A program made the position numbers and the translations under genes. A stretch of DNA of 64,000 nucleotides from Anthoceros angustus. Its lineage: Eukaryota; Plantae; Anthocerotophyta. Location of the stretch: assembly GCA_010909165.1 (NCBI GenBank), contig MU008178.1, positions 570,369-634,368 on the forward strand. Direction: 5' to 3'. Under the pieces are notes generated by a model that searched no databases, was not told the DNA's origin, and was given only the letters and a program-made list of their open reading frames with translations. Below are positions 1 through 11,534 of this stretch, in pieces; the stretch's first letter is position 1, and each line of letters begins with the position of its first letter.

Positions 1-1929
1 GTAGCCCTGTCCTCTAATGGGATGCAAGCACAGAATTACAAGAGCAACACCTCTAGATATCAGCTCTAGCCTCCAATAGTCCCGCCCTTAAATGGGGTAA
101 CCTCTAGCTAGCATGTACAACAAGGAGCCCCGTTTCAAAACTTGCACTCTTACTGAAAGTCAGCAAGAACACGAAAAGTTAAGAAGAACATTAAAAGCCA
201 TGTTGATTAGAATACCAAAAGCCAATGAGAATCTGAAGTACAGACAGAGGTCTCTACCTTCGCCGAAGGTAGGCACATTGATCTCCGTCAGGTACTCTAA
301 TCTCCGTTTTCCTCCTCACAACTTCACTTTAAGCACATTGGTATACTCGGTTCCCTCTTGGTTCCCAAGTCCTTGTATGCCCCCTTTAGGTTCCCAAATC
401 CTACATGCTCCTTTTAGGTTCATGCTCCTTTTAGGTTCCCAAGTTATATTCTCGAAAGAGTATAGTCCAAGTGCTAGGATATTTTCTTTAGAGCTCATAA
501 CATCTTTTATATAGGAAGGTTTACTTTATTTTAAGTAATTATTTAAATTAACATGTTTTTGTTAAACCTTAAGTTAAGTTTCACTACCTCTAACCACCTA
601 ATTTCTAACTTAGACTTAGGGATGTATCTCTCTTATGGCTTTTTTATATATTTATTTATTTAATCTTATTTTTAAACATTATATATAATTTTGTCTCAAT
701 TGGTAGTGTGCAGCACTAATTGGTTTTGAAAGTATTTTGTCAATGCCTTGCTATGATCACGTCATTAGTTCATGCTTTACTCTACCCAGATTTTGATAGA
801 TTTTTTGAGTAAATTAAACCAACTAAGCTCACAATAGCTATTGTGTAGTGTTCTTGGGTTTACAATTGTTTCTGTTGAGACACAAGGATAAAACACATCT
901 AGTATAAGATGTAGTGCCAATTTATCTTGGCCCATTTAGGCATCGACACAAAATACAATTCAGCAGCGAACAAGACTTTGCCCTCAACAATGCGGGCCTG
1001 AACAAATAAGGAGACCCCCAAGCCTTTTTGCCCATACTCTTCGAACAAAATAAGGAGAGTCCTAAGTTGTTTACCCACTAGATGCAAGAAAAGTATGAAT
1101 TACTTACACATTATGGTAGCCTTAGACTACATCTAAATTGTTATTAATTTATCATGGTGGCTTTACGTGCTTTCAACTCCAAAAATACCCAACTCACTCT
1201 AATTGAGCCTTTTGGCTCTTTTGTATGATTGTGCTTTATTTCTGTATACCATTTTTTTCAGGTTAAGGTACCTTATGCGGGAAAATGATGTATACACTTA
1301 TTGTATGATAATTTTTCATGTTAAGGTCTCCCTTTGTGGAAAAATAATTGAAAACGCTTGACCAATATATTTGGTTGAAAGCAGGAGAATCTTTAAATTA
1401 AACTCGAAAAACCTCTCAAAGAACAACGTCATTCTATGTGGATGTGTTGTTCGAATATGTGGAATCGAATTTGATCCATTGTGGGGTTAATTCATTGATT
1501 GAGAGATTGGGGGGTTGCTCGTAATTTAACATGTTATACATTACATAAGCCTACCTTGGTAATGGTGACTTCTCTTACCTCTGACTTCTCTTGTCAATTT
1601 GATATGCTTATGAACCGGGGTCATTTATCATGTATTGTCCACTCGTTTTGTTTTTCATAGTTCAATTGATTGTGAATTTAATTTAAAGTAGCTTCGTAAG
1701 GCTTTACAACAAATTGCCTTGATGGCTTTTTACAACACTCATAAGGCCGTACAGCAAGCAGCCTCGTAGGTTTTTTTACTGTAGGCGGCCCCGTGGGGCA
1801 TTGTACAAAAAGTGGCCCTACAGGGATTTTTACAAAAGATGGGCCTAGTAATCCCTCTACAATAGAGGATGGATAGTATCCCATCCCAGCAGTAATCTGT
1901 CTCAAGGGTACTTGATCGCGGAGTTCCAA

Positions 1930-2365
1930 GAGAAGAAGAAGAAGAAGAATGTGTAACTCTCCTAAGGACGGAATTCTGGCATGGTATTGATAAAAGACGG
2001 AGATACATAAAAGTCTTTGATATTCAATCGCTATTCTGAAGTTGACGTAAACACTAGTGGTGTGAAGTATATTCAAATATCTAGTTGGTTGAAAAACTGG
2101 GTATACTCTGTTTTGAACTCGCACATTTGTTTCAAGCATATTCCTGCAAGAGAAGAGAAGAAACATTGTAGTGAAGGTCGAGCTGTTGTGAACAAGTTGG
2201 GAAAAGCATTCCCGATATCTCCGCAGGCGACATAGAAGAAAAAAAAAGTGTTCTTAAGACTCAACATCCTTGTTGCATAATCTGCACATTGTAGTCGCCT
2301 TAATTGATCTTGAATACATCCATCTATCAGTTTCAATCTATCTGAGGTTGATGTTGGACACACGC
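1930..2365 (-). mobile_element. Degenerate 3' end of a non-LTR retrotransposon (LINE ORF2 C-terminus, 3' UTR and (TTC)n tail)
   Basis: Minus-strand frames join to give ..TSDRLKLIDG..CRLCNKDVES*EHFFFF-VA-GDI-NAFPNLF, resembling the decayed CxxC..ExH..C knuckle at the end of LINE ORF2. The segment ends in a (TTC)n tail at ~1930-1948. Confidence 0.55.
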
Positions 2366-2404
2366 TACATGTGACTCTCTAAAGGCGTTTTTGGTGCTCT
2401 CAAA

Positions 2405-2545
2405 GATTGATACATATGGCACACACTTATGCGCTTATGAGATTGATACATATGGCGCACACTTGTGTGCTTATGAGATTGTTACATATGGTGCACACTT
2501 GTGCGCTTATGAGATTATTACATATGGCGCACATGTGCGCTTATG
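2405..2545. repeat. 36-bp tandem repeat, ~4 copies
   Basis: Unit GATTGATACATATGGCACACACTTATGCGCTTATGA repeated head-to-tail with a few substitutions. Confidence 0.9.
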
Positions 2546-3319
2546 CTCACAAGGGAACAATACTTCAACATCTAATAGAGTGCAAATGATCCTAGGAATC
2601 CAATGGCTAGTCAAATTTTTTTATTCATCGATTGGACTATTTTAGCCCGCTAAAAGCTAGATTTGGCAAAGTATTATGCTTTTGCAAGATTTTTGATCTG
2701 TTTTAATTTGAACTAATCCACACTAGATTTGGATTGACCCAAAAATTTGCCCAAGTAGTCCGGATATACTTTCACAACATTCAATCCGATTTCAGATTCC
2801 AATAAAAGTCCAAGGCAACTCCAAAGTTTGTGCAAAAAATAGACTTAACTCAAAAGCTAGTGAGAAAAGAGATGGTTCCTAAAGCCCAATCCTTAGTGAT
2901 TCATATAGGGATGGGCAGTGTTGTGAAGTCTGTTTTCAATGCTTCGCCGTTGCCTCACTAATATATGTTTGTGTTGCCTTTAAGCCCGTGCCCTCGCACA
3001 GCCTCGACCATTTGGTGACAGCCCTCACGGTCAGCTGACGTGTCTATCTGATTCCTCCTCAATTGGATTGGTGAGGAGTGTTGTTGATGACAAGTGATGA
3101 GAAATGTCCGATCAAAAAAGTGTAAAAATAGGGTGAAAGGGGCAGCGGGCTGATGAACTACTTACCTACTTAGTTCCATAATAATAATAATAATAATAAT
3201 AAAATCTCGTGCTCGGGTTTCCACGGGCTAAAACTGAACTCTTTTCGCTCTTCCCAAGACCGCTGAACCCACTCTTGCCGTCATTGCGTTGTCAACCTCC
3301 TCCAAACACAAAAAAGAGG

Positions 3320-6300
3320 CTAAAGGTACTCCCATTCAAGCTCTCCTTCCACCGAGGCAGAGTCCTGAACCTTATCCTCCTTGGACTCTGTTTCCTCCAA
3401 TGCCACAGCAGGCTCCGCAGCCGTTTCTGCTCCCTGCAACTTTGTTCCACATTGCAGTTCAGTCTGATCTGTGACCAAGGACTTTGGAACTTCATCACTT
3501 GTCACGGATTGCTCCTTCAGCACATCACCCTCCCCAGCCGTTGACACAACAATATCCGGTTCTCCTGCACATGCAAGTCTGCCTCTAATAAGTGCAGCCC
3601 TCATTAGGATCATGCTCCTCTCCTCGTCTTCTTCAGGTGATATACCTGTATCTCCTCCATTAGCATTTGGACTTCCGCTTCCACCTGACTCCTCACATGA
3701 GGCAGGTGAACTGCTGGCCATAACAAATCCAGGGTATTCTACACACAACCTGAATTCATCATCATCGTCACTGGGACTGATTCCTTCCGTGCTACCAACC
3801 GATTTCCTTATTTGCCTGGCCTTGATAAGGGCTGCCCTGACTTGATTTCTTTGGAATTCTTCTACGCTTTCTACCATTTCTACACAGTGAAACTCAGGAT
3901 TAGTACGTACCTATGTCACTGTATACGGCTGTCACACACTGTTAAGCTAAGAGATTACAATACTTCAAAGAAGGCATTGTCATATGTTTCCTGGAAGTAC
4001 CTGACAATGATCCTTGGCCATTTCTTGATTTCAAAGCTGCCAACTCTAGCTTGACCCGGTCAGCTTCCTGAGCTGCAAGTGCAGCTTCTTCCCGTGCCTC
4101 ATTCAACATAACCCTGTACAAATGCATAGCACCTTTGTTCTCTTCCCTTTCAATATCCAGCTCATCTTGGAGGCTTTCTATCAGCAATTCGGCCTGTCGA
4201 AGCTTTGCAAGCTGTTCTTCGCCTGTGCGAGCCATGAATATTGCACTTTTACGAGCCTGAAAGCTCAACAGATTTATTTCTGCCTCCTTTGCTTCTAGCT
4301 CGCACTCCTTAGCCTCTAAATCGTGCTCCAGATTAATCAGAACGGCATGCCTGTTGGCCTCACAGTTCAAATCTCCTGGTGCCTCATGTGTCTGCTGAAC
4401 TGTATACCCATGTGAGCCCGCTTTCGGTATTTCGTTACATGTCACATTTGGCAGGCTCGTAACAAGTAGTGATGAAGGGACGGTTACCAGAGCCTGGGCT
4501 AAGACACTATCAGAGGTCCCCAAATCCAATTGACTTACCGTTGACCCACTCAGGAGCACAGCTGCCCCTGCGGATTCCAGGTCATCTGTTATGCCTCCTG
4601 TTGCAGCACAGGTCTCTGTAGAGCGCGAGCTTTCAGCCTCCGCAACCTGAGCAGACTTCAAGAGAAATACACAGGTCAGACCACAACTCCATACCACAAG
4701 TATCAGCATCAGCAAACAATCCTAGTTGTGCAGCCAGTCAGCTGTTACCATTTTCAACGGAGAAGACACTGGTGGGCTGTTGTGGGCTCCAAGACCACTA
4801 TATGCACTCTGCCTCACCATCCCGCTGGCTGACAACCTCAGAAGGAAGCACTCAGATATGTTCCGAACTGCATTTTCAAGTGATACTATCTGCTTTTTCA
4901 TCATTGGATTAGCCGAGGTGGACTGACAGGCAAGCAGAGCACTTGAGAGGTTCTCCAAACTATGTGCAAGAGTGCCAAATCCTACAAGGGTATCTTGCTC
5001 CCCTTTAAAGTCTTCTGGGTTGATGGAAGTCGCAGGCAAGCCACCAGAGCTAATGGGAGGAGTGGAAGGAAAGAGGCCGCTACCATCTGCTTTGTCGGTA
5101 CTCAACAGCTTGACAGTCGAAGGGACAGAGACAGTGGAAGAGTCAACATTGGGATTCAATGTCAAAGAGGTGCTTCCATCTGAAGTCTCAGGTAAAGAAG
5201 CCCCTGTTTGATCCCAGGTTGAAGATGCCAATGGAGCTACGGACCGAGATTCAGCTGTCATCCAATGAGAGGGTGCATATGGATCATAGATATATTCATG
5301 CGAAGAAGCTTGCACCGAAGGTTCTTCCTTATCTTCAGCTTGACTGAGTGTTGCTGGCGCCAGTAAGTCACCATTCTCAGTTCCATGAGGAATCTGAAGA
5401 GCAGCAAAGCAAAAGCCCCCTGCTTCTGAGCGACCTTTCCAGACCTTGTCATTCTCATGATGATCTTGTGCGGTGTTATAATCCTGCCATGACTGGGTGC
5501 CTGATTCACTAACGTCAAAACTGAGAGGTGCAGGATACGGCTCTTCACACGCTTGAGACGTGACTGAAATGGACCCAGCAATTCCAATCTCCGGTGTCCT
5601 GGTTTCATTACTTCCCTGTAAGTCCTGTCCGGTTGACCTGGTAAGAGTACTTCGTGGGGTACCACGAAGTATCGTCTTCATACTGGTCCACTGAGGTGGA
5701 ACAGCTACTTTGCGAGAGAAGCTGCTATACTCTGCCTGGAAAGCATTGTTGCCTTGTGACCCTGTAGTCTCATCAGCGCTGCCTAATACTGGATTATACT
5801 CCAGGTACGCTACAGGTGACTCATAGCCCTCCAGACCATGTGTGTACCTCTTGTCAATTGCATCTGCATGTTGTCCGGCTGAAGGATAAGGCAAGCTCGC
5901 TGAGGCATCTTTCGATGGATCATTCTCCACTCTACTTGCCGTACTGCAAGTGACACCTACTTTTGATGACACCTCCTTCGTTGCCTGAGTCAAGAACTTT
6001 TCTTTTCCCTCGGGGGATAAGGATCTTAACTTGTCATCCTTCGCATTCCAACCTTTTTTCTTCAAGCCCACAAAATCCGACCCAGCATCATATTTCTTCA
6101 CTGGCACAGTCCCTGAATCACTACAACCAACAGGCCTTGCTGCTCCATTCACTGCACATGGCGCTGGCTTGTACGGTTCAAAAGCTCTGCCGGAGTATTC
6201 ATGAGATTTTCTCATAAACACTTCAGAAGCAGACACCTCTAAATGAGAATCTTGCGTGCAAAATGGAGAAAACCTGTTGGGAGGCGTATCTGAGACAGTA

Positions 6301-7404
6301 ACTGGTGGTTTTTCTGTTATGTTTCTGTCTGAAGAGCTTGCAAACATCTCCGCAAATACAGATGCTGCCCGCTTCAGAGAGGTGTTCTGATGCTCCTCGC
6401 CCTGTGGAACTGCAGCCCGAAAGCTATCCTGCTTATAAACTGGCTCGGAATGATATTCAGAAGCACCATAAGCGGGGTTCCCTGGATCCATTGGATTACC
6501 ATGTTGCCTTGTCACTGCACACCAGTAGAAGCAGCGGTACGATATAACATACCAACAAGCAGAGAACAAAGCACACAGAAGCACATGGGAACCTAACCTG
6601 AGTGGACCACGTGACTGAAAAGGGACAACAAAATTTAAGACAGCCAGAGGAGAGTACAAGGCACTGACCAAACGAATTTTGACGTCGCCCCTGCTCTTCT
6701 GCACCATCCCATGTTGACTTCCAGCGACGTTCTTCCTGGCTATCATTGCTTCCTACCTCAGCATGAGCAAACTGTGAAGTTCCTCCTGCAGTAGGCTTGG
6801 TAGTCCCAAGTTTCTCAGTATACTCGGGAGAGTTCAGTATCGCACCAGGGAAAGGAGACCAATAAGATGGGTCTGGAGGTGGGATATCCATGGACATAAA
6901 AGCAGATCTGTGGAAAGGTCCCCAGACGTATCCATTCGAAATATCCATGCTGCTTTGTGGTTCACTTCCAGCTGACGACAGTGTCGGATTTGAATAGGAG
7001 GTGGAAAGGAACCGATCAGGCCCATCATGCAAACCAGGGGGTATGAGCCCCGGCAGACCATATAGTTCATTGGAACTGCCTGGAGAGGCCGTGAACAGAG
7101 GTGGTGGAGGATAAGTTTCATTGGAGAAAGCTGGACGTACTGGGAACGGGATCAGAGGGAATGGCAGTGCACTGGAAGGTAGCAGAGTGTCGGCTGAAAT
7201 AGACAAAGGTGGAGATTCCACGGTGCTCGCAAAGCAGGAAAGAGGAGAATTAAGTTGCTGGAGAGAAGAATTTGCAGGCATGGGCAGGTCGGGCGGAGCA
7301 AACGGATCGGTAGCAGGGAAACGGTCGGAACTAGAAGACGGCATCCCAAAAAACGGCGGAAGCGAAGAATAGTAGGAACTTGGTGGTGCACCGGAGGACG
7401 ACAT
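3320..7404 (-). CDS. Uncharacterised ~1238-aa protein: Pro/Ser-rich disordered N-terminal region, coiled-coil, acidic C-terminus; 4 exons
   Basis: Exons 7404-6669, 6514-4749, 4655-4001 and 3879-3320 join through GT-AG introns into one open frame (3717 nt) that links four long ORFs. Heptad-rich segment LEHDLEAKECELEAKEAE...LQDELDIEREE. An alternative start lies at 7497. Confidence 0.75.
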
Positions 7405-8276
7405 CAAGGGTACCCGGTGAGCCCGTGTAGTGCAATGGGACTGATGCTTGTTGTCGCGTCCACCCAACCACGGTTGGTGGGGTCCGTAGGTAGGCATTTA
7501 CGGCAGCCTGGATCTGCGCATCAGAGCACGCGCCCCGAAACCCATATCTGCAAATCAAAACGGAAACGACAGTAAGCGAGGAAATGAAGGGCGGAAGCAC
7601 ACATACGGAGACGCAAGACACAATCTAGCTGAATTGCGGAGCACTTGGCCTTCCAGGAGCCTTCACCGAAACACACTACTTCCGCACCAGCAAACACTGA
7701 AGACCCCAGGAATTACAGCCCAACAAATTGCGTTGCACTAACACGCAAGCTCATGCGATGAGTGTTAAATTGCTGACGGCAACAAATTTTTGCCTCGGAC
7801 ATTTCTCTCCTACCAAATATAGTAGGGGCGGACAAAGAACGAAGCCTACCACAAATGGCACCGGCGAAGAGAATGGAGAAGGCAGCAGCTCCCGCTGCTG
7901 CCTTCTTCGTACAGGAATGGAGGCTGTGGTTTGAAGCGTCACGCCTTCCCGCTTCAGTAAAGGAAACCTTCCCGTATGGACACATGGAAAGGACCCAGAG
8001 CATTGCGGGCCGCAGGAATTAACGTCTGGAAAAAAATTCCAAAAAAACAGAATCCTCCCTCACTGGGGCCCGGGAGTGAGACCTCGACAGCCGTGCGCCA
8101 GAAACCGGAAAACTAAACCCTAAACCCAGGTACCCGGGAAGGGATGGAAGGTTGCAGGACGAACACTGAGATCACACCCCCATCCCATCCAGGGCTGTTC
8201 TAACAAAGTACGTCCTATTAAAACGTGGGGCGTGAAAGTGTGTTCTGGTTCAATTAATTCAGGTTTCCTAAGCAGT

Positions 8277-10011
8277 CTAATCCGTGTCTCGCTTGAAGCT
8301 TTGCGTTCTAACCTTGAACAGACGTTGCAGCTCAGCCGATCCCCCTACTTCCTCCAGCTCCTGCCCGCAGTGGAGGTGATAGAGATGGAAGACATGATGG
8401 TTAGAATGGTTCCACTACCTCGGACGGTGAACAGACCGTAAGCCACTAAGATGGTCACATTACCTTGGGGCCGAGGAACAGACCGTAAGGGACTCCCTGG
8501 AAGAGATCTGCGTGATGCAGCTGATGAGGTGAAAAGCAACACTGGATTAGCATGTGTGACGAGATACGGGAGGTAAGTTAGAGGCTGGGAGCATTTCTAC
8601 CTGGTGGGCTGCCGCCACCCTTTGCAGGTAAGGAACATCAGCGATGGGTCCGACAGGGAAACGACGGTGCACAAGTCCATCGTGCACGAACATGTATGCC
8701 ATGCCGAACATGCTGATACCCAGTCCCTGGAAAGGAAGTGGTTCGCTCGTCAGAAGCTTGAAATAGCAGCAGCAGCAGCAGCAGCAGAGCAGAGAGGTGT
8801 GGGCATGCACTTACTGCTCCGAAACACAGGCCAGGGACAAGCCCGACGTTGAAGAAGCCGTATGCCATCAAAGCGATTGCAGGAAGAGCATTGATGATGG
8901 CGAACACGTCGTTCAGTTCGAAGGGCCCGTCACGAGGCCGGTGGTGCGACTGACACATGTGACAGCATCCTTGATCACAACCTTGTCGTCCAAGGCAGCA
9001 GCAGATTAGCAATTGCGTACGGCTGCTGCACTGACCTCATGCATGTTCCACAGAGAGGCATGCCACAAGGCCCTGTGTGCCCAGCGTGCCCAAAACTCCA
9101 TCCCCACCTGCAAACAGTAGTTTCCCTCCCTGTTGAGACATGAACGGAATTCACTACACCGTCGTAGTGAAAAAATCGACGATAGCGGGACATGGGGCTT
9201 ACTGCAGAACCAACTGCAAGGGAAAATGTGCCAAACATCTCCAGGTATGGAACCTCTGCCGTTTCCTGGTTCCGAACAGTGAACACCATGTCAGCTGCAC
9301 CTGATGCTGCTGCTGGAGATGCATAATGTAACACACGGACAAGTACACGCATACTACCTGCATCTGCCAGAAGAATCGATAGTAGACTGCAGCCGCAGCA
9401 AGTGTGGTGAACCCCACGCTGGAAGCAATGGCAGCCGAGAGGTACATCGAGCGCGCTGCTTTCCTCCTCTCTGCCCTGTCCGTCGTGATTCTTGCATCAT
9501 CCTCCCAGGAAGGATCGTCCTCGGCTTCTACAGCAGATGCAGATGCAGATGCAGCAGGCTGCAACGCTCCTCCTTCCTCCTCACCCTGAGAGGTCGAGGG
9601 CAGCCCAATCCCGTCCTTGCTGCCCGCGCCCATTCTCCTGGAGACGCGAGGCTTGGGCCAAACACGGGCCCGGCCAAGCCTGGTTTCACCCCCTATCCAT
9701 CCCGCCCGTGTGAACACCCGAACCCGAACTCGAGATCGGCCAGTCCAAGCCTGCCTCTCCCCGACACCGGCCTTCCACCGGGCTGCTCCATGTCCTGCCG
9801 CTTGTCTGCACACTCCTTCCATGGCACAAGCCGCAGGCGGCGGAATCAGGCTCATTCACCCCCCGGGGAAGACGGTGCGGGGATCGATGCCCACCCCTCG
9901 CATGCTCCACATGCCCAATTCCCCGGCAGCAAAGCTCGTAGTTGGTGCTGCAGCAGAAGGCATGGCTGCCGGGAGAGGCGGTGTCCGCAATCTGGAGGGC
10001 GTCGCGGCCAT
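8277..10011 (-). CDS. BCH: Beta-carotene 3-hydroxylase (non-haem di-iron, CrtZ/BCH family) with plastid transit peptide; multi-exon
   Basis: Spliced exons give WAHRALWH, HHRPRDGPFELND, MFVHDGLVHRRFPVGP and AHQLHH..GVPYGLFLGPKELEEVGG, which are diagnostic His motifs. Stop TAG at 8279-8277. The start is uncertain (10011 via a short intron, or ~9822). Confidence 0.93.
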
Positions 10012-10111
10012 CCCATGTCCTGCACTCTGCGATTGGGCAGCATGCCACAGGCAAGTGCGTAGGCCAATGCGGGCGACCTCCACCTCCTCCATCGTCATCG
10101 TGTCCCATCCT

Positions 10112-10224
10112 CCGCTGCCGGTCGCCGGTCGCGGGTGACCGCCTCAGCCCTTCCACCTCTGGCAGGCATGTCGCACAGGTGGAAGGGCTGTAGGCGGTCA
10201 CCCGCGACCGGTGACCGGCAGCGG
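10112..10224. repeat. Near-perfect inverted repeat (47-bp arms, 18-nt loop) upstream of BCH
   Basis: 10112-10158 is the reverse complement of 10177-10224 apart from one mismatch and a 1-nt bulge. Confidence 0.95.
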
Positions 10225-10351
10225 GCAATGTAACAATTCACAATGTAGCGCAGTGTTTCGCAACGTAACAAGTGACAACTTGGAGGTTGCAGGAACGCAT
10301 GAAGGAAGAAGGCGAAGTGATTTGACGAGCACCACAAATCCGTAAAATCTC

Positions 10352-10360
10352 CCACGTGTC
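10352..10360. promoter_or_regulatory. G-box/ABRE-like element (CCACGTGTC) between the divergent BCH and PEPC genes
   Basis: Exact CACGTG core with ABRE flank, ~340 bp upstream of the BCH ATG. Motif match only. Confidence 0.35.
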
Positions 10361-11534
10361 ACCAGCTTGTGGACTTGGCAGAGGGGCGCCTGAGGCGACA
10401 AGAAGGCAAGAGCAACGAACACCGTACCGCATTCGCTGCTATTCCGGATATTCCCAGACCACGCTCGCATTGGCGGCAGCGGCCGGGTTACAGTAACTGC
10501 CGAGTTCTGACTGTTGGTGTGTCGTGTCGTGAAACTGGGAAGAGCTTGATGCCCGGGAACGGCCAGTCCACTTGGGAGCTGCCGAGAAACCGGCCAGATG
10601 TTGGTGGGAGAGGCTGAAATCTCCTGCATGCTTGCAACCGGCTGATGCGACAGTGCTCTGCCGTTGCACCCTGCAGGTGCGAAGCGAGGTTGGCGGGATT
10701 GGCGGAATTGTGACGCCTTCACTCCTGCATTTCGGGACAGAGAGGAGCTCATTTTGTTTTCGTGCTGGCCACACGCTGGCAGCCGACGGTGGAAGCGCTC
10801 TGTGAATGCATTTCTTGTTGTTTCCAAACAGGTGAGCGGGGATTTGTATCTTACCACCCTGACCTGCAACAGTGTGCGAATCCTGGCTCCTGTGCCACTT
10901 CTTCCAATTGTTCGATAACTCCACGACCTAGTGCGGGATTGGCGATGTTTGAAGCCGGTGGCGTTTGCCATTTCACGGCCGTCGTTTTATTGTCTCCAGC
11001 ACAGTTGACTGAACAGGGACGGGTCCATACTTTGTTTCAGCTGAGAGTAACGCCTTTCTCTGTCGCTTCTCAGACACACGCTTCCCAGTGACAGTCGTAG
11101 GATGGTGTTGCCTGAACAGTCGTGACTTTATTCCTTGATTGTAAACTCTCCGGGTTCCACTTGCGCGCGATAGTTGGGGCAGCGAAGACTTCTTGCGGCG
11201 TCGATATGGATCAGGCCTGTGCAGCTTGCGCGACCGCATGCAGGTTCAATTCTGCGATTTTTTGCTATTTCCCTACGTCGCCCCTCTATGAACACTTCAT
11301 GCATTGTTCTGCTGAGCTCAAACCTTGAATGAAGTTCCTTTGTGTATTCACGTACCTGACGAACGCATTCCTCGCTGGCTGCGGTTTTTTCTCTTACAGG
11401 AAAAGTCTGCAGTCCACATTCTTGCCAGTCGATCAAGGATTGCGAGAACTCTCTACGGTGAGAAGCAATCTATTAACACGTACCAGGCACTGAGAAGCGT
11501 ACCATTTTAGGGCCATACCTTCTCCTCTTGCAGA

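Noticed and set aside
1-600. Possible LTR fragment (minus-strand TATATAAAA near 506-514, short internal repeats)
   Set aside because: No boundaries, PBS/PPT or partner LTR are visible. The ORFs 113-514 and 316-498 have no recognisable motif.
1846-1872. Small hairpin next to CTAG, resembling a Helitron 3' end on the minus strand
   Set aside because: The stem is short, the spacing is atypical and CTAG is not followed by the expected T.
2391-2645. 36-bp repeats and their repetitive ORFs as a CRISPR array or repeat protein
   Set aside because: The units are contiguous with no unique spacers, there are no cas genes and the context is eukaryotic. The ORFs are by-products of the repeat.
10198-11091. 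257-aa minus-strand and 109-aa plus-strand ORFs between BCH and PEPC
   Set aside because: No motif or clear coding bias. Probably promoter or UTR sequence, though extra PEPC 5' exons cannot be excluded.
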